A stretch of 64,000 nucleotides of DNA from Phoronis australis (taxonomy: Eukaryota > Animalia > Phoronida). Shown here piece by piece: positions 1 to 11,522 of this stretch (its first letter is position 1; the number at the start of each line of letters is the position of its first letter). The translations under genes were made by a program, and so were the position numbers. The stretch is from positions 531,664 to 595,663 of the forward strand of contig NMRA01000223.1 of NCBI GenBank assembly GCA_002633005.1, in the 5' to 3' direction. The notes under the pieces are model-generated. The model saw only the letters and a list, made by a program, of their open reading frames with translations, made no database searches and was not told the DNA's origin.

Positions 1-19
1 AGTCATTTGTGTTGTGCAG

Positions 20-3000
20 CTCCATGAGTTGATACCTGCTGTGCTGACGTGTGTTCTCAGTAAACAGCTGTGTATGAGACCAGACATTGACAACCACTGG
101 GCCCTGCGGGACTTTGCAGCCAGAATCATGGGCCAAATGTGCAAGTAAGTGGGGAATCAGGGCAAAATATTTAGTAAGTTCACTAAATAAGGCCGGTTCC
201 TGGTTAAACAGTGGTTTTTAAATCTCGCGTTATTTACCATCATTGCTACAACATCTGTCAAATAGTTCTCTAGCTTTGTTTTTGTGCCATTGGAGTTTGT
301 TTTTGTTGGTAACTTGGTTTCCTCATTTTTTCTCGACTACATTAACCGCTTTCGACTTTCCTCTGCCAGCATTTTTACTGCTGTGCTGTGGGCTGCAACT
401 AACTTGAAAAGTATCTGTGGATGCGATATACTGAGGCCAATGTAACACCTTTTCTTACGCCCAGGACATCCTATCCGATGCTCACAGCCTTTGATTTAAT
501 CTCTTCCAATGTGTGTGAATGCTATCAACCTGTGTTCCATCAAGAAGCTTACCCTTGAGGGCAATAATCTGCTACAATGTGCCCGTATTTTGAGAACCAG
601 TTTGATGCCAGTTATTCAGTGGAGAAAACTGGTTCTCAAAATTCAGGAATATTATATCAGACCATTACCCCCTTGTAGAGCTTGGTCCCGAGCAATAACG
701 AATGGTCAATTCTCTCCAAGCCTTGGGAATCACCTCCAATTTGACAAATGTTACGATCAGTTTCATAACAGTAAGATGTCTTAATCAAAAGTTGATGATT
801 TTGTGATGGAAGGCTGGTTCATAGCCACTTTAGTTGTTTTGCATGATTTCTGAATAGTTTCCTTGTATGCTCTCCAGACACTTCAGCTCCAGCACTAATG
901 ATGCGCAGACTCGCATTACAAAGACATTCAGCAACTCATTGGACAATGACAAGTTGCCCCTGGCGACACATTACGGTAGCATTGTGGGACTGGCCGAATT
1001 GGGTCCTGAGGTAATGAGTCTTGCTTTATAAGAACTTTTTATCATCTTTGTATAAGTTTTGTTGCAGACAAACAAAAGTTTGCGCTCCAGTCCGGAGGCA
1101 TTATTGTGAGATTGGCTATTATTTAAAATAAATTAGTTAAATCCTTATAGGAGCTTACATTGACTTTTTCCTAGTTAAATTGTTTTGCATATTTACCAAT
1201 CGCATTGCACTAATAAAACAATACTGCCCTATTTGCATGTTTTGGATGTCCACAGCAGTTTCTGGATGTGAAGCCTCAATAGTAAGTTCAAACTGTTGTG
1301 GCCGACTTTACACTAAAGTCGTAATGCAAGGAACTATATTTGTAAGCAATTTAATGCTCCATTTCGGTTTGGAATGTTTGATATTTTTCATGAATCAGTG
1401 TTCAATTGGCACTTAAAGTTTTATTTCGCTCTGTTTAGCTTAGTTCCAGCTCAAGTCATGGGCAACGTGTGTATGCGCCATCTTTGAATTCGCAACTTAA
1501 GCATTTGCTAACCCCAATAAACTCTGATCAGAAGCGTATTCTCGAATCACTTACATATGGCTTTGATGTTCCTGTTGTTAATGGAAATGGAACCCTTTCA
1601 TGGTTATGAGGCATATTTTATGAGAATGAAATTGTCTTATTCGATTTAACTGCAGAATGCAGCCTTAACATTTCAGTAGTAGTGTGTTTGAGGTTTGTGA
1701 CATGTTCCTAAATTTATTGTAGGTGATAAAGTCATTTCTCCTGCCTCGTATGAAGAACATTGGAGAGCGCCTCAAAAGTGTTCTTGAAGGTGTTCTGATC
1801 AACACTGTGGATAAGAGTGCTGTTGAGCACGTTAAACAGTTGATACTGGTGAGTAGCCATGGTTCTAGTCTAAGACTTGTAGAATGCCAGTCTCTTATTG
1901 GTCGATGCTCGTTGGTTTAGTGTAGTATGTCAATGGCCTAGAATGATCAATAATACACCGTATGCGGCTGCATGTTGTTGCCATCTCTGTGTGACATCAG
2001 GGCGTCTGGCGTCCACTGCTGCATCTTCTTATCCCCCGACATTATCTCCTCGAAATTTGGCAGATGTGTCCCTGTGAAGATGACGTCGAGTTTCATAGCG
2101 ATCAGACTACCGCTGTGACCCCCTTTTACTTTTGCCTCAGTATCTTCGGAGTTTCTTTTTCGATTTTCATGAAATTTGGCAAACTGGCTTCTTTAAGGAG
2201 ACGATGATGCCATCTAATTTTTGGATTGTTTTGACGTACTCTGCGCCACCTAGAAGCCATTTATATTATTTTCAAGTCCATGTTTTGGTATCCTCCAAAC
2301 TGTTCAAACTGTGAAGATTATAACTGGACAAGAATGAATACTGTGGTGCTCCCTATTGGCTATTTTTGTTTTGCGCTGAATCTCGCTAATCCTTTACAAG
2401 ATCTTCTTGATATTTGGCAAGTGTTTTCATATGAATGTGACAACAAGTGACGATGACTTTCGATTGTATACAACTATCGATAGGTCCCCTAGTGACAATT
2501 TTTAATGTATACTACTATATGTTCATCTTAAGAGTTATTTTACCTATTTTCATGGGAACTGCCAAATAGGTTCTTTCTATTTAAAGGTGACAAGCCTTTT
2601 ACATTTTCAGACGAGTTTGACATGTTCCGTGCCATCTATTACCATTTTTATGGTTCTAATAAACACTCCTAGAATCATACCATTTGTGGTACACTGGTGG
2701 GGTGCACTTCAAAACGTTGCGTTGCGCTTGTTGTTATTTTCGACAGTGCCTCAAAAGTAGGACGGCTGATTCCGTTTACAGCAAAAGTTATGGGTGATGA
2801 TGACTCATTTTTATTGTTTTCACCTTGTATGGGAAAATTCCGGTTATGATGAATAACAGACGTCAAACTGGTTCTCTAAATCCAGGACCCTTATAAGTGA
2901 CAATTGCTGTTTAAGCTGTACTACCAACGTTTCCCATTTCATCTCGTTTTAGAAAGTCGTTCCGCCTGCACTGAAGAATGTGGGTGAAGGCTCCGACTCC

Positions 3001-3867
3001 AATGAAAGCTACAAGACCGAGTATGGCTACCTGGGGCCGCTGCTCTATTCATATGTCTTGAAACAGAGGCAGACCCAGCAGGCTTCCCTGGCCTCCAGTC
3101 AACGCCTCTTGGTCTCTGTTACACAGGTGAGAGTACTTCTAACATCCATCAGCCCATGTACCAGAAGTCCACGGTATTTTTTCACGAGACAATTTCTGCT
3201 AGAGTGTTTTGGGTAATTATACTAAAAAGGTTCATTGGTCTAAATTACAGGCAGCTGTCTCTGGTTCAAGTGCATGCTGTGAAGGAGCATTCATGTTTTT
3301 GATAATAAGCTTTTTACAGCTCCGACCTTTGGTGTTGCTCGCATCTGCATTTTACACACACATTTAAATTTATAACGTAGCTTTTTTCCGTCTTCTGCAG
3401 TTAGGTGGAAAAGAGGTTGAACACTGTCAGTTGCTGGACGGCTATATGGTGTAAGCAGTGAGTAGCATAAATTATGTTATTTCAGATGTCACTGCTGAAA
3501 TGTTTGTTACTTACTTCAAAATTCTTTTTCCTAGGCACGCCAAGTTATGCAGCTATCATCCTCCCTGGGTAGTGTTTCTCGTACGCCCACCACTCCTCGA
3601 CTTTCTTCCTCGGGAGGTCCTTTGTCTATGACACGCACGGCCACACCCGGGGCAGGATTGGCCAGTGGGGGTCAGCGCATCATAATTGGCCCCGCCTCTA
3701 GTGGTCAGACCTCAAATACCCCCACGGTCGTGAAGCTAGTCACGGGAGGCACATCGCAAGCACAGAAAATTATGGTGGTCAGTATGCCTCAGGCAACACA
3801 AGCAACGGGTAGTAAGACTGTCAGTGTGGCAGGCAGTGAGTCAGTGACAAAGACTGAACCTTCTTGA
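20..3867 (+). CDS. TAF6: TFIID subunit 6 (TAF6), 3' part of gene; exons 20-144, 878-1010, 1723-1848, 2953-3126, 3535-3867; 5' exons lie before the window
   Basis: Spliced translation [42 protein letters not shown]|[17 protein letters not shown]...[14 protein letters not shown]|[10 protein letters not shown]...HVKQLIL|KVVPPAL...EYGYLGPLL matches the TAF6 C-terminal HEAT-like region as I recall it ([10 protein letters not shown] and YGSIxGLAELG motifs). All introns are GT-AG with consistent phases (2,0,0,0). The last exon is a Ser/Thr/Pro-rich tail ending in TGA at 3867. Confidence 0.96.
560..669. mobile_element. Hairpin MITE (Merlin-like) in the first TAF6 intron of the window
   Basis: Near-palindrome GGCAAT...TTTTGAGAACCAGTTT / AAACTGGTTCTCAAAA...ATTACC; flanks cccttgag / cccttgta look like a decayed 8-bp TSD; an inverted copy lies at 44221-44330. 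Confidence 0.75.
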
Positions 3868-4364
3868 AATATGTGGTTGTGGTATTGCCGGGAGCAACAC
3901 TTGGGATTGAAGAGACAATTGTCTTTTGAATAGGATTCACCACATTGGCAATATGGTTCTGACCTCAACACCTTTATGAAAGATGTGCGTGGAAACATAC
4001 TATGGGCACGTGTAGCTATAAGCCTGTTGGTGATTTATGGTTGCAATGTAATGTCGGAAAATAATCGGCCACGAGTGTGGTGGAAATGACCAGGGAGTAG
4101 CTTTGAAAACCAGTCGTTGGCTTTGTTAATGTAAATTTGTGCGAGTCTGTTGGTAGCATACCAATGTCTGTCCTTCCGAGTTTGACAAGTGCCATCTTGG
4201 TACACCTCTGAAAGCGTGAAAATGATGTGGCAGCAGCATCTTTGAAAGTGTTTGTTTATCTGCTTAATGATTCAATGATCTTTGTACAGTATTTTAACTA
4301 TTAAATCTGGAGAAATGGAAACCTCATTTTTGTATTTGTTGTTGGTGTATGCAAGATGAATGTT

Positions 4365-4370
4365 AATAAA
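4365..4370 (+). promoter_or_regulatory. Probable polyadenylation signal of TAF6
   Basis: AATAAA about 500 nt after the TAF6 stop, followed by T-rich tracts. Confidence 0.55.
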
Positions 4371-4619
4371 TGATCAAACCTGGAGCTTTTAAATGACTTT
4401 TGTTATTTGAAATTGGACGTTTTACTCAATATAGCATCTCAGCCAATAGCTCATTCAAGTGTATACTCTTCATTCTATTTGTCCGGGTTTTACTAAGATT
4501 TTAATTGTAGGTTGCACAAGCGGATACACTTGCATTGCATTGATCAACGTGAAGTATACATTCTAGCGATGTAGCGTCCAATGCAATTCTTGGCTACATC
4601 TCTGAGATGTACGTAGATA

Positions 4620-4776
4620 AAGTGGAGGATTTAGGTGGGGGGGGGGGCAAAAGGGCCATGGCCCCACCCTAAAATTGTACCAGATACCATTAGGCAGTTG
4701 GGGTGCGAATTGCTGACTAGCANGGCTAATACACTGCCCCCCCCCCCCCCAACTCAAAATCCTGTAACTGCCCCTG
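4620..4776. mobile_element. MITE of the CAG-ended, 5-bp-TSD family (hAT5-like)
   Basis: (A)AGTGGAGGATTTA...AACTGCCCCTG; internal sequence shared with the 34062 copy in inverted orientation; flanks agata / atata. Confidence 0.7.
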
Positions 4777-6722
4777 ATATACATGTCATGTTACCCTTGT
4801 GCACTTCTTAAAATTGCTTTCCCTTACTCCACACTAAATCTCACGCCATCTCTTTGGCAAACAGCATATATGATGTAATTGTAAAATTTACTTTTAATTC
4901 CCAGAAATTTCTTGACTTATATTTTGATGGAGGTTTCAGCAAGAAAATTAGGATACCCACCCATTTAGAGAATGAATTCAATTAAATAGGGCCCATTTGT
5001 TGGGATCTTCCATGCACAAACATTGATCCTTTTGTGTAGTCGTGTTCCAGAAACATACTTTTGTTGGAGTTCCAATGAAACGGTAAAATTTGCGGAAGCC
5101 TCAACTAGAATCGGTTTTTTGTAACGCAAAACTGCGATCAAGTTGGAGAGAACGGTAGTTCTAGTTCGTGTTCTAGCCCTTTCGGTATATGCTGAATTTC
5201 ACCTCACTTGGACGAAATATCTAGGTCAAGTTGTTTTTTTCTGTATGAGGCTCGACTATGACACAAAATGGCATAAAAATCTACCAAGGTCAAATGTTTA
5301 ATTTATGACGGCAAATAACAACAATTACACCTACATGAAACCAACAGGTGGCATGATCAGACAAAATAGATGCAAGAAACATCATATGAATTGTAACTTG
5401 GCAGTTGCAGACATGAGCCTTTGATTGTCAAGGGCAAATAGAAAAATACATTGCATAACTGTCCTACTTTTCAAAACGACAGGTACTCGCCTAATTAACA
5501 AGGTAAGAACAATACTAATACATTATACATACAACACTCCTACTTGCCTTTTGGACAATTTATTGATGACAGCAAAGCAAATTAAAATGATCTGATACAA
5601 CTTTGCATTAAAAGTTGACTTACATAGTAATTAGGATATTTTATGACACAGTGACTAGTAAATTCGCATGTGAAGAAGCAGGACAAAAGCTTGACACATG
5701 TATTGCATTTGTGCAGGCAAATTCCTTGGAATGTTCTGAGTGGTGCCGTGCCATTTCAAGAAATGTCTACCACCTGAAACAGGTGTCGAAAGATTCATGT
5801 GGTAAGGATTTTTTTGAAAATTTTTTAAAACCCCAATAAACCATGACTGTCCATAGCAAAACATCTTACATAACTAATTTGAAGTGATTTTTGGGGAAAG
5901 CCTTTACTGAACACAGACTGATCAATACATTGGAATTGAGAGGTCTCATTTCTCTCACTATAAGCAATTAGACAAAGAAAATGGACTACAGGATTCCCCT
6001 GATCAAAAATTCAAACATCGTGCAAATTACACATCACGATTCTGAATCCCAATTTTCTTTCTGTTACTTCAGAAAAACAATGTTTGTGAACTAAGCAACA
6101 CCATTTCAATAATTTTTTCTGTAACTCTGGATTTTCAAAAACAGTTGAAAGATTTTAAACATTGTTCAGCGCTTTTCGAATACGGCTCAAGATTTCCAAA
6201 CATGATAAAAAACATGTCACACCATGTGAACACTAGATGGGGCTACCTGTCAGTGCTTCGAGATTTTACTTTGGACTGAGAATTCCTGAAAAGTTTCGCC
6301 CCCTACAGTAAACATGCAAAGTTCAATGTGAACATTCATATATCCCTACAGTAAATTTCAACTACTTCTATTTGTTCTGTACTCTATTCATGTAAGATTA
6401 TAAAAGCATCGCAATTCTCTTTTAATTAAAAATGCACTCATGAACGTTTCTGACTACGGCTTCAGTTTAACTGAAATTCTGCACTCATTTTGCACAAAAA
6501 TAATTGCCGTTTCCATTCTTCAAAGGCCGATTGCTTTGCTACAAACATTGAAAAACTTCACCGAATATTGTTTTATGACATCTACACAGTACAAACTACA
6601 TTAGTGATAGATTATTAAATTTTTTCTTAATCTTTACTTTTGTGCAAAAATTGACAAAACAGAACTCCACGTGTCGGCCACATAGTATGCTAAAAAAGAG
6701 AAGAATTACCATGCAGATGGAA

Positions 6723-7826
6723 TTATACCATCTTTTTCTTCTTATACAATTTATTCACTCTTTGCACATTCATATACTTCAACATAAATACAATTCCAAC
6801 CACTAACAAAGGCAAATAAAGTGCCATAAATAGAGGAAAGCTAAATGATACATTCCACTTGTTGGGGAGATCAAAAGACCACGTCCCTGTTTCTTGATAA
6901 TACTGTCTGCTGGAGATTAGAACCAGGGCTTCACACAAAGCACCAGCTGGGTACAGAGGTATCCACACGGTGTAACGCAGATACGTCACATACTTATTCT
7001 CTGTTCCTAGGCAACTTAGTAAGTAAAACGGATAGCGGAAAACTTCAACAGAACTCCAAATAAGAAACAGGAAGAAGACGAGACTATTAACTTGCACACG
7101 TTTATCCTGAGCGATCACCATGAACAGAATGAAGTTTCTTCCTGCCACTTGGGCCAATGGTGGTAAGAAGCTTGTCTTCACCACCCCAATCATTGGGTGT
7201 AAAAACTCCAAGCATGATAACAACTGACAAATCATTAGGTGCCCACCGATAGCATCGTAAGTGCCAGGAACTGAGCTCCACCCATCTCTTGCCAGTCGAA
7301 GAAGGATGACAATCACAATACCAGTATACCCCACCCACTGGAACAAGTTGTAAAGCGCCAAGTAGCACTGTCTAAGGGACGGCAACTTTATATCCATCAC
7401 TTCATCAAGATCTTGCTTAATTCGTTTATCGATGATATTCTGAGTAATGTTGTAGCTTTGATTGTCATCTTCGTCCTCAGACAGACCATCGTATTCAAAC
7501 TTATCGAAGTCTGGCTTTAGCCAGGCCAATTTAGCCGTTTCAGAAGTCAGCCGGGGCCATATCTCATCCGTCGAATACTTTTTTAAGTCAATTTCGACTG
7601 ATCTATCAGTTACTTTATAGTGACATTCCTTCGGAGCGACAGAGGAGTAAAAATTCAATGTAAAGCCGTAGTTGTTGAAACCCCCAACACCATTGCCGGA
7701 GGCTGAAAAGTGGATTCCGTCTTCTTCAATCTTGATATCAGGAGCCTCTACCTCGCACAGTTCAACTCGTAACGAGATTTTATGCTTCGTCTGTCCCCAG
7801 TACACAAAAGGACTCAACTGTGACAT
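6723..7826 (-). CDS. HACD3: Very-long-chain (3R)-3-hydroxyacyl-CoA dehydratase 3 (HACD3/PTPLAD1), single coding exon, 367 aa from MSQLSPFVYWGQ
   Basis: N-terminal CS/p23-like domain (PFVYWGQT...LRVEL...WPRL...WLKPDFDK), then a PTPLA membrane domain (LYNLFQWVG, QVAGRNFILF, EVFRYPFY, YLRYTVWIPLYP...CEA with the catalytic Tyr/Glu positions), and a C-terminal KKxx ER-retrieval motif (KKKKMV). ATG at 7826 is preferred over the ORF-track start at 7850. Confidence 0.95.
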   Translation of the reverse strand: MSQLSPFVYWGQTKHKISLRVELCEVEAPDIKIEEDGIHFSASGNGVGGFNNYGFTLNFYSSVAPKECHYKVTDRSVEIDLKKYSTDEIWPRLTSETAKLAWLKPDFDKFEYDGLSEDEDDNQSYNITQNIIDKRIKQDLDEVMDIKLPSLRQCYLALYNLFQWVGYTGIVIVILLRLARDGWSSVPGTYDAIGGHLMICQLLSCLEFLHPMIGVVKTSFLPPLAQVAGRNFILFMVIAQDKRVQVNSLVFFLFLIWSSVEVFRYPFYLLSCLGTENKYVTYLRYTVWIPLYPAGALCEALVLISSRQYYQETGTWSFDLPNKWNVSFSFPLFMALYLPLLVVGIVFMLKYMNVQRVNKLYKKKKMV

Positions 7827-8615
7827 TTCGCAGTCGCAATGTATTTGCAAAGAATTTGTACCGCAAAGCCAAAAGATTTACCAATGCTCACCGGTTCAAG
7901 GGTTGCAAGATGGTGGTAGAGAATACTGCCACGAGATGTCGCTCCGTTTATCTGTCACAGCAGAGACACCTTGCGTTGTGTACAACCAGAGACCGTAGAG
8001 GGGGGGGGGGGGGGNGGGGGGGGGAGTGACCGCTGTGCCTGAACTTGGAATCCTTAATCTCAAGATAGATTAAGCGGAAGTGAGTGTTGCTTGAACTTGG
8101 AATTCTCTAAGGCAAAAGGTGAAATTTTTGTTGGGTGAAAAGAATTTTTGTAATTATTGGCCTCGCAATCAACAATTTTCTCCTTTATCGTAACTCTGTG
8201 TGTCGCCGAACCGGAGGAATATGTTAATGGCTAAATCATTATTGTTTGGTGAAACTGATCGCCCGTAGTTGAAAAGGTTGGTTAAAATTGACATTATTTT
8301 CTTCAAATGTAACTTGATTTCGTGCAGGGTAATTTTTTTAGTGGATATGAAAGTGACTATTCTGTCGGAGATCTAGGATATCATAATTAAGGGGGGGGGG
8401 CAACATTTTGTCTGAAAACATTTGCGCAAAACACGATCAGATGCGCATAGCACCGAATGGGGGGAGCTCAGGAAAATTTTTCTGTTTTTTCCTCTAACAA
8501 TCAAGCATTTTCCTTGATTCCTGAAGTAGCATCCAAGAAAAAAAGGCAAAGAAAAAGAGAAAAAAAAAAACAAAAACAACGAACCTTCCAAACATGAAAA
8601 ACTGCAATTACCATA

Positions 8616-8675
8616 GACTCTAACTCACGATCTTGCAGACAAAGCGCACGTGCTTTACCACTGCACCACCACGAC
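8616..8675 (-). mobile_element. tRNA-derived Pol III head (SINE-like fragment), not an intact tRNA
   Basis: Minus strand GTCGTGGTGGTGCAGTGGTAAAGCACGTGCGC...GATCGTGAGTTAGAGTC: A box TGGTGCAGTGG, D-arm GTGC/GCAC, decayed B box GTTAGAGTC; no acceptor stem. Confidence 0.6.
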
Positions 8676-9595
8676 ATCACTCACAAATCGACGGTGAAGA
8701 GACCTACTTGTTTATGGTCCTCAGCGTTTGCGCGCAAAACCTACTTCTTTTTGTAATGCTTATTATACTTTTTATAGCTTGTGCAATCAGTTTGTAACAA
8801 ATTTGTTGTAGTTGAAATAGTCTTTAATCGCCCAAAAGACCAAATCCGTTATTTTGTGTTGGCAATAATGACGCGATTGCTTTGGAAATCGTCTTAAGTT
8901 AAGGTTTGACAAAGAGAGAATTATGAGTTTCTGAGTGATTCACTAAGGTTTCGATTAAAATTCACATCTTACTAGCAGCTTCTACTCAGATTCCGGTCGC
9001 CTGGAATATCGCGGTAGATGGAGCCTATACTTAGCCATGGTTTTGTTACGATTGAGCCGTGTTCACATGAAATTGGATCTGAGCCTCCCCCCCCACCAAA
9101 TACACTGCACCCATTTAAATATTGTTTCCGCCGCATAATGTTAATTACCAGGGTTAATTAATGAACTCAACATCTTCCTACGCTCTTGCTGTTTTANCCC
9201 CCCCCCCCTCCTAAATCCGTTTATGTTATTTGAGTGAACTTGTCAAGTTGCCTCGCGTATTCCAAGTTCACGTAACACTCACTTGTGGTTAATATTGAGA
9301 TTAAGCAGGATTCCAAGTCCCGACTGGTACGTCTGACCACGAGGGGTGACAGTAAGTTCCAGCGGGGCTCCCCGCAGAATCTTTTCGCTGTTGACTTTCA
9401 AAGTAATGCTGTGGGCAAAAATGTTTTTCAGATCAGCCCCGTGACTAGTTCGAATTTACGATCTCAATGGTCGCAGTCCTTCGCCCAGCTAGCCGCCGCG
9501 GCCAAGAAAGTGGCCGCAACGGCCCTACGCCGCGCGGCCGCCAAGGTCTTCGGTGCCGCCAGGGGGGGGGGGGGGGNTGAGTGTGATCTGCAGCA

Positions 9596-11522
9596 GTCAC
9601 GGTCAGCTATGGCTGGCTTGACCTCGATTTTAGCGAGCCCGTGCCGACTCAGGAAGCCAATTGGCGATTTTTAATGAATTAAATTCACGGCACATCGGAT
9701 TTTGTTGTATCGAGGGCCCCGCAGAAACGTTGCCGTCTGTCCCGACGGGGCATCCGGAATAAAGACAAGACCAAGCCCCCTGCACCCTCGATCGCAGGCG
9801 GGCATAAAAACCGCGGCTGCGCTCCCACAGACAGCCTCAAAAAAAAAGAAAACACAGTCACCAGGCGCGGACTCATGAGCCCACTCCATTCGACTCGAAC
9901 AGGGCGATGCCATTGACTGCCTCGCCGCATCAGTAGGAGCCAAACAAGACCCCCGACCAAGACGGGGATAAGTCACTGGAGTGGACTCTAGTCACTCCAA
10001 AAACGCAGAACGGCCGGAGAGCAACCACTCGCAGGAGTGGCGACTGCAAAACATCAATCGTAGTAACGCCTGCGGCACCCGCCCGCGACCGCGAGGACGG
10101 ATTGGCAATGCCAAAATGCCCTATCGGGCTTGAATGTGACGGGGTCACTTGCTAGCTTCCCCGAGGACCAGGAGTCTCGTATGTCCCTCCTCGCAAACTG
10201 GGGACACACTATCAAGCAATTCCAGGGTTGCACGTTTCGCAACCCGCGTGCCCTCACCCTTGTCCTCTTGAACGTGTCACCCGATCAGACGCAGACATAC
10301 AAAAAGCTCTTGGCAACGGAATTACAGCCAAACAGCTGATATCGGGGAGGCTGGCCCGGTCGACCCAAAAGGTCAAAATCTCCTGTCCCGACAGAGAGAG
10401 ACGTACGAGAACTACTCAAAGACGGTGCCTTCATTGGACTAATGAGGCAAAAATCTGAAAAGTATAGAACACAGGCAGTAGGCCTACTACAATGTTTAAA
10501 ATTGCCGAGGATACGGCCACTGCAGCTCGGTCTGCAAGTCTGAGGTTGAAAAATGCAATCACGACTGTGGCAATAACTTCAAGTCCTCAGACCGTGAGAA
10601 ACTTGAGGAACGGCAGCGACCTGTGCCTAGCTGCGGTGACCCCCACCCAGCCAACCACAGGTCCTGCTGTAGTCACTGCACTACCTACAAAACAGCAACT
10701 AAAACACTTAGCAGCTGTCGGCTCAGGCAGCAAAGAGCCCATCAAACGACCTAGAGGTCCTCAGTCCGCCGGACTAGCTAAGACGGTCACCGAGCTGGCG
10801 GTGGGCATAAACATAACCAAATTAGGGCTCTACTTAGAAAAAGAAGATCGTTGACTCCATCAACACCACTACAAGACAGATCTGAATGGCTCAAAGATCC
10901 TACAGCAATGGCCTGACGGGGCATCATAAAGACAACTGAATTCTAGTGACAAGGTTAGCATGCATCAGGAGCACCAAAGGTTCGGGCCCTGCTCTATTGG
11001 TAACTGTTCCGACGGGGCAGTATAAAGACAACCGATTTCTAGTGACAAACATGTACAAGGAGTACCAAGGGTTCTGGCCCTGCTATGGTAACTGTCAAGA
11101 CGGGGCAGTATAAAGACAACCGAATTCTAGTGACAAGCATGTACCAGGAGCGCCAATTAAGGGTTCGGGCTCTGCTCTATTGGTAACTGTTCCGACGTGG
11201 CAGTATAAAGACAACCAAGTACTAACATGACTGCTGTTGTCATTAAGCCGGCTTCATGTGAGTCAAACTGTCCCGACGGGGCAGCATAAAGAAAACTTGT
11301 AACAACATGTAGCTGTTGCCATTAAGGCAGCTTCATACCCGGCAAGAAGTCAAAGACGCTGTTACCACCCAGCCAGCGTCTCATCTCCACAAGAATAAGA
11401 ACACCGCCGCCTTCCAACCAGGTCCTGCCGCTCGATCCACGTCCACACCAAGTTCAGCAAGGACAGAAGGCGAGACCGCCCATGCCGATTGCGAAGCCCT
11501 CATCTACTCTACTACTACTACT
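9596..11522 (+). mobile_element. Degraded non-LTR retrotransposon derivative carrying only a gag-like ORF1 (I/Jockey-group type with three zinc knuckles), 3' tandem repeats and a (CTA)n tail
   Basis: Across frameshifts at about 10130-10720: LTLVLLNV..SDADIQKALGNGITAKQL..KVKISC..ELLKDGAFIGL..QCL/NCRGYGHCSSVC..KCNHDCG..SCGDPHPANHRSC..YK, i.e. one CX2CX4HX4C plus two degenerate knuckles. No APE/RT motif follows. Ends in tactctactactactact (about 11505-11522). The 5' boundary (CAGTC at 9596) is a guess; no TSD found. Confidence 0.7.
10911..11300 (+). repeat. Tandem array of about 81-96 bp units inside the LINE derivative
   Basis: Core GACGGGGCAGTATAAAGACAAC (with variants) starts at 10915, 11011, 11099, 11194 and 11275; a related core lies near 9744. 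Confidence 0.9.

Noticed and set aside
2025-2600. Helentron/HINE-like repeat in a TAF6 intron (recurrent GAAATTTGGCA blocks)
   Set aside because: Probably a repeat, but I could not define its ends or diagnostic hairpins, so it is left unclassified.
6229-6246. CTCF-like motif between TAF6 and HACD3 (similar ones near 2244, 38528, 47113)
   Set aside because: Imperfect matches of a short motif that also occur inside repeats; not supportable without ChIP data.
7827-7850. ORF-track N-terminal extension of HACD3 (MQIHCDCE)
   Set aside because: It starts at TTG; the eukaryotic start is more plausibly ATG 7826, where HACD3 similarity begins.
7999-8024. Poly-G tract as a G-quadruplex in the HACD3 promoter
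   Set aside because: It contains an N, and similar G/C runs with Ns recur (9562, 9197, 49484), so run length is unreliable.
11120-11160. Twister-ribozyme resemblance (GTGACAAGC...GGAG)
   Set aside because: The P4 closing stem and T2 pseudoknot complementarity are missing, so it was not called; left to Infernal.
10911-11300. CRISPR-like look of regularly spaced repeats
   Set aside because: The intervening sequences are homologous to each other rather than unique spacers, there are no cas genes, and the context is eukaryotic.
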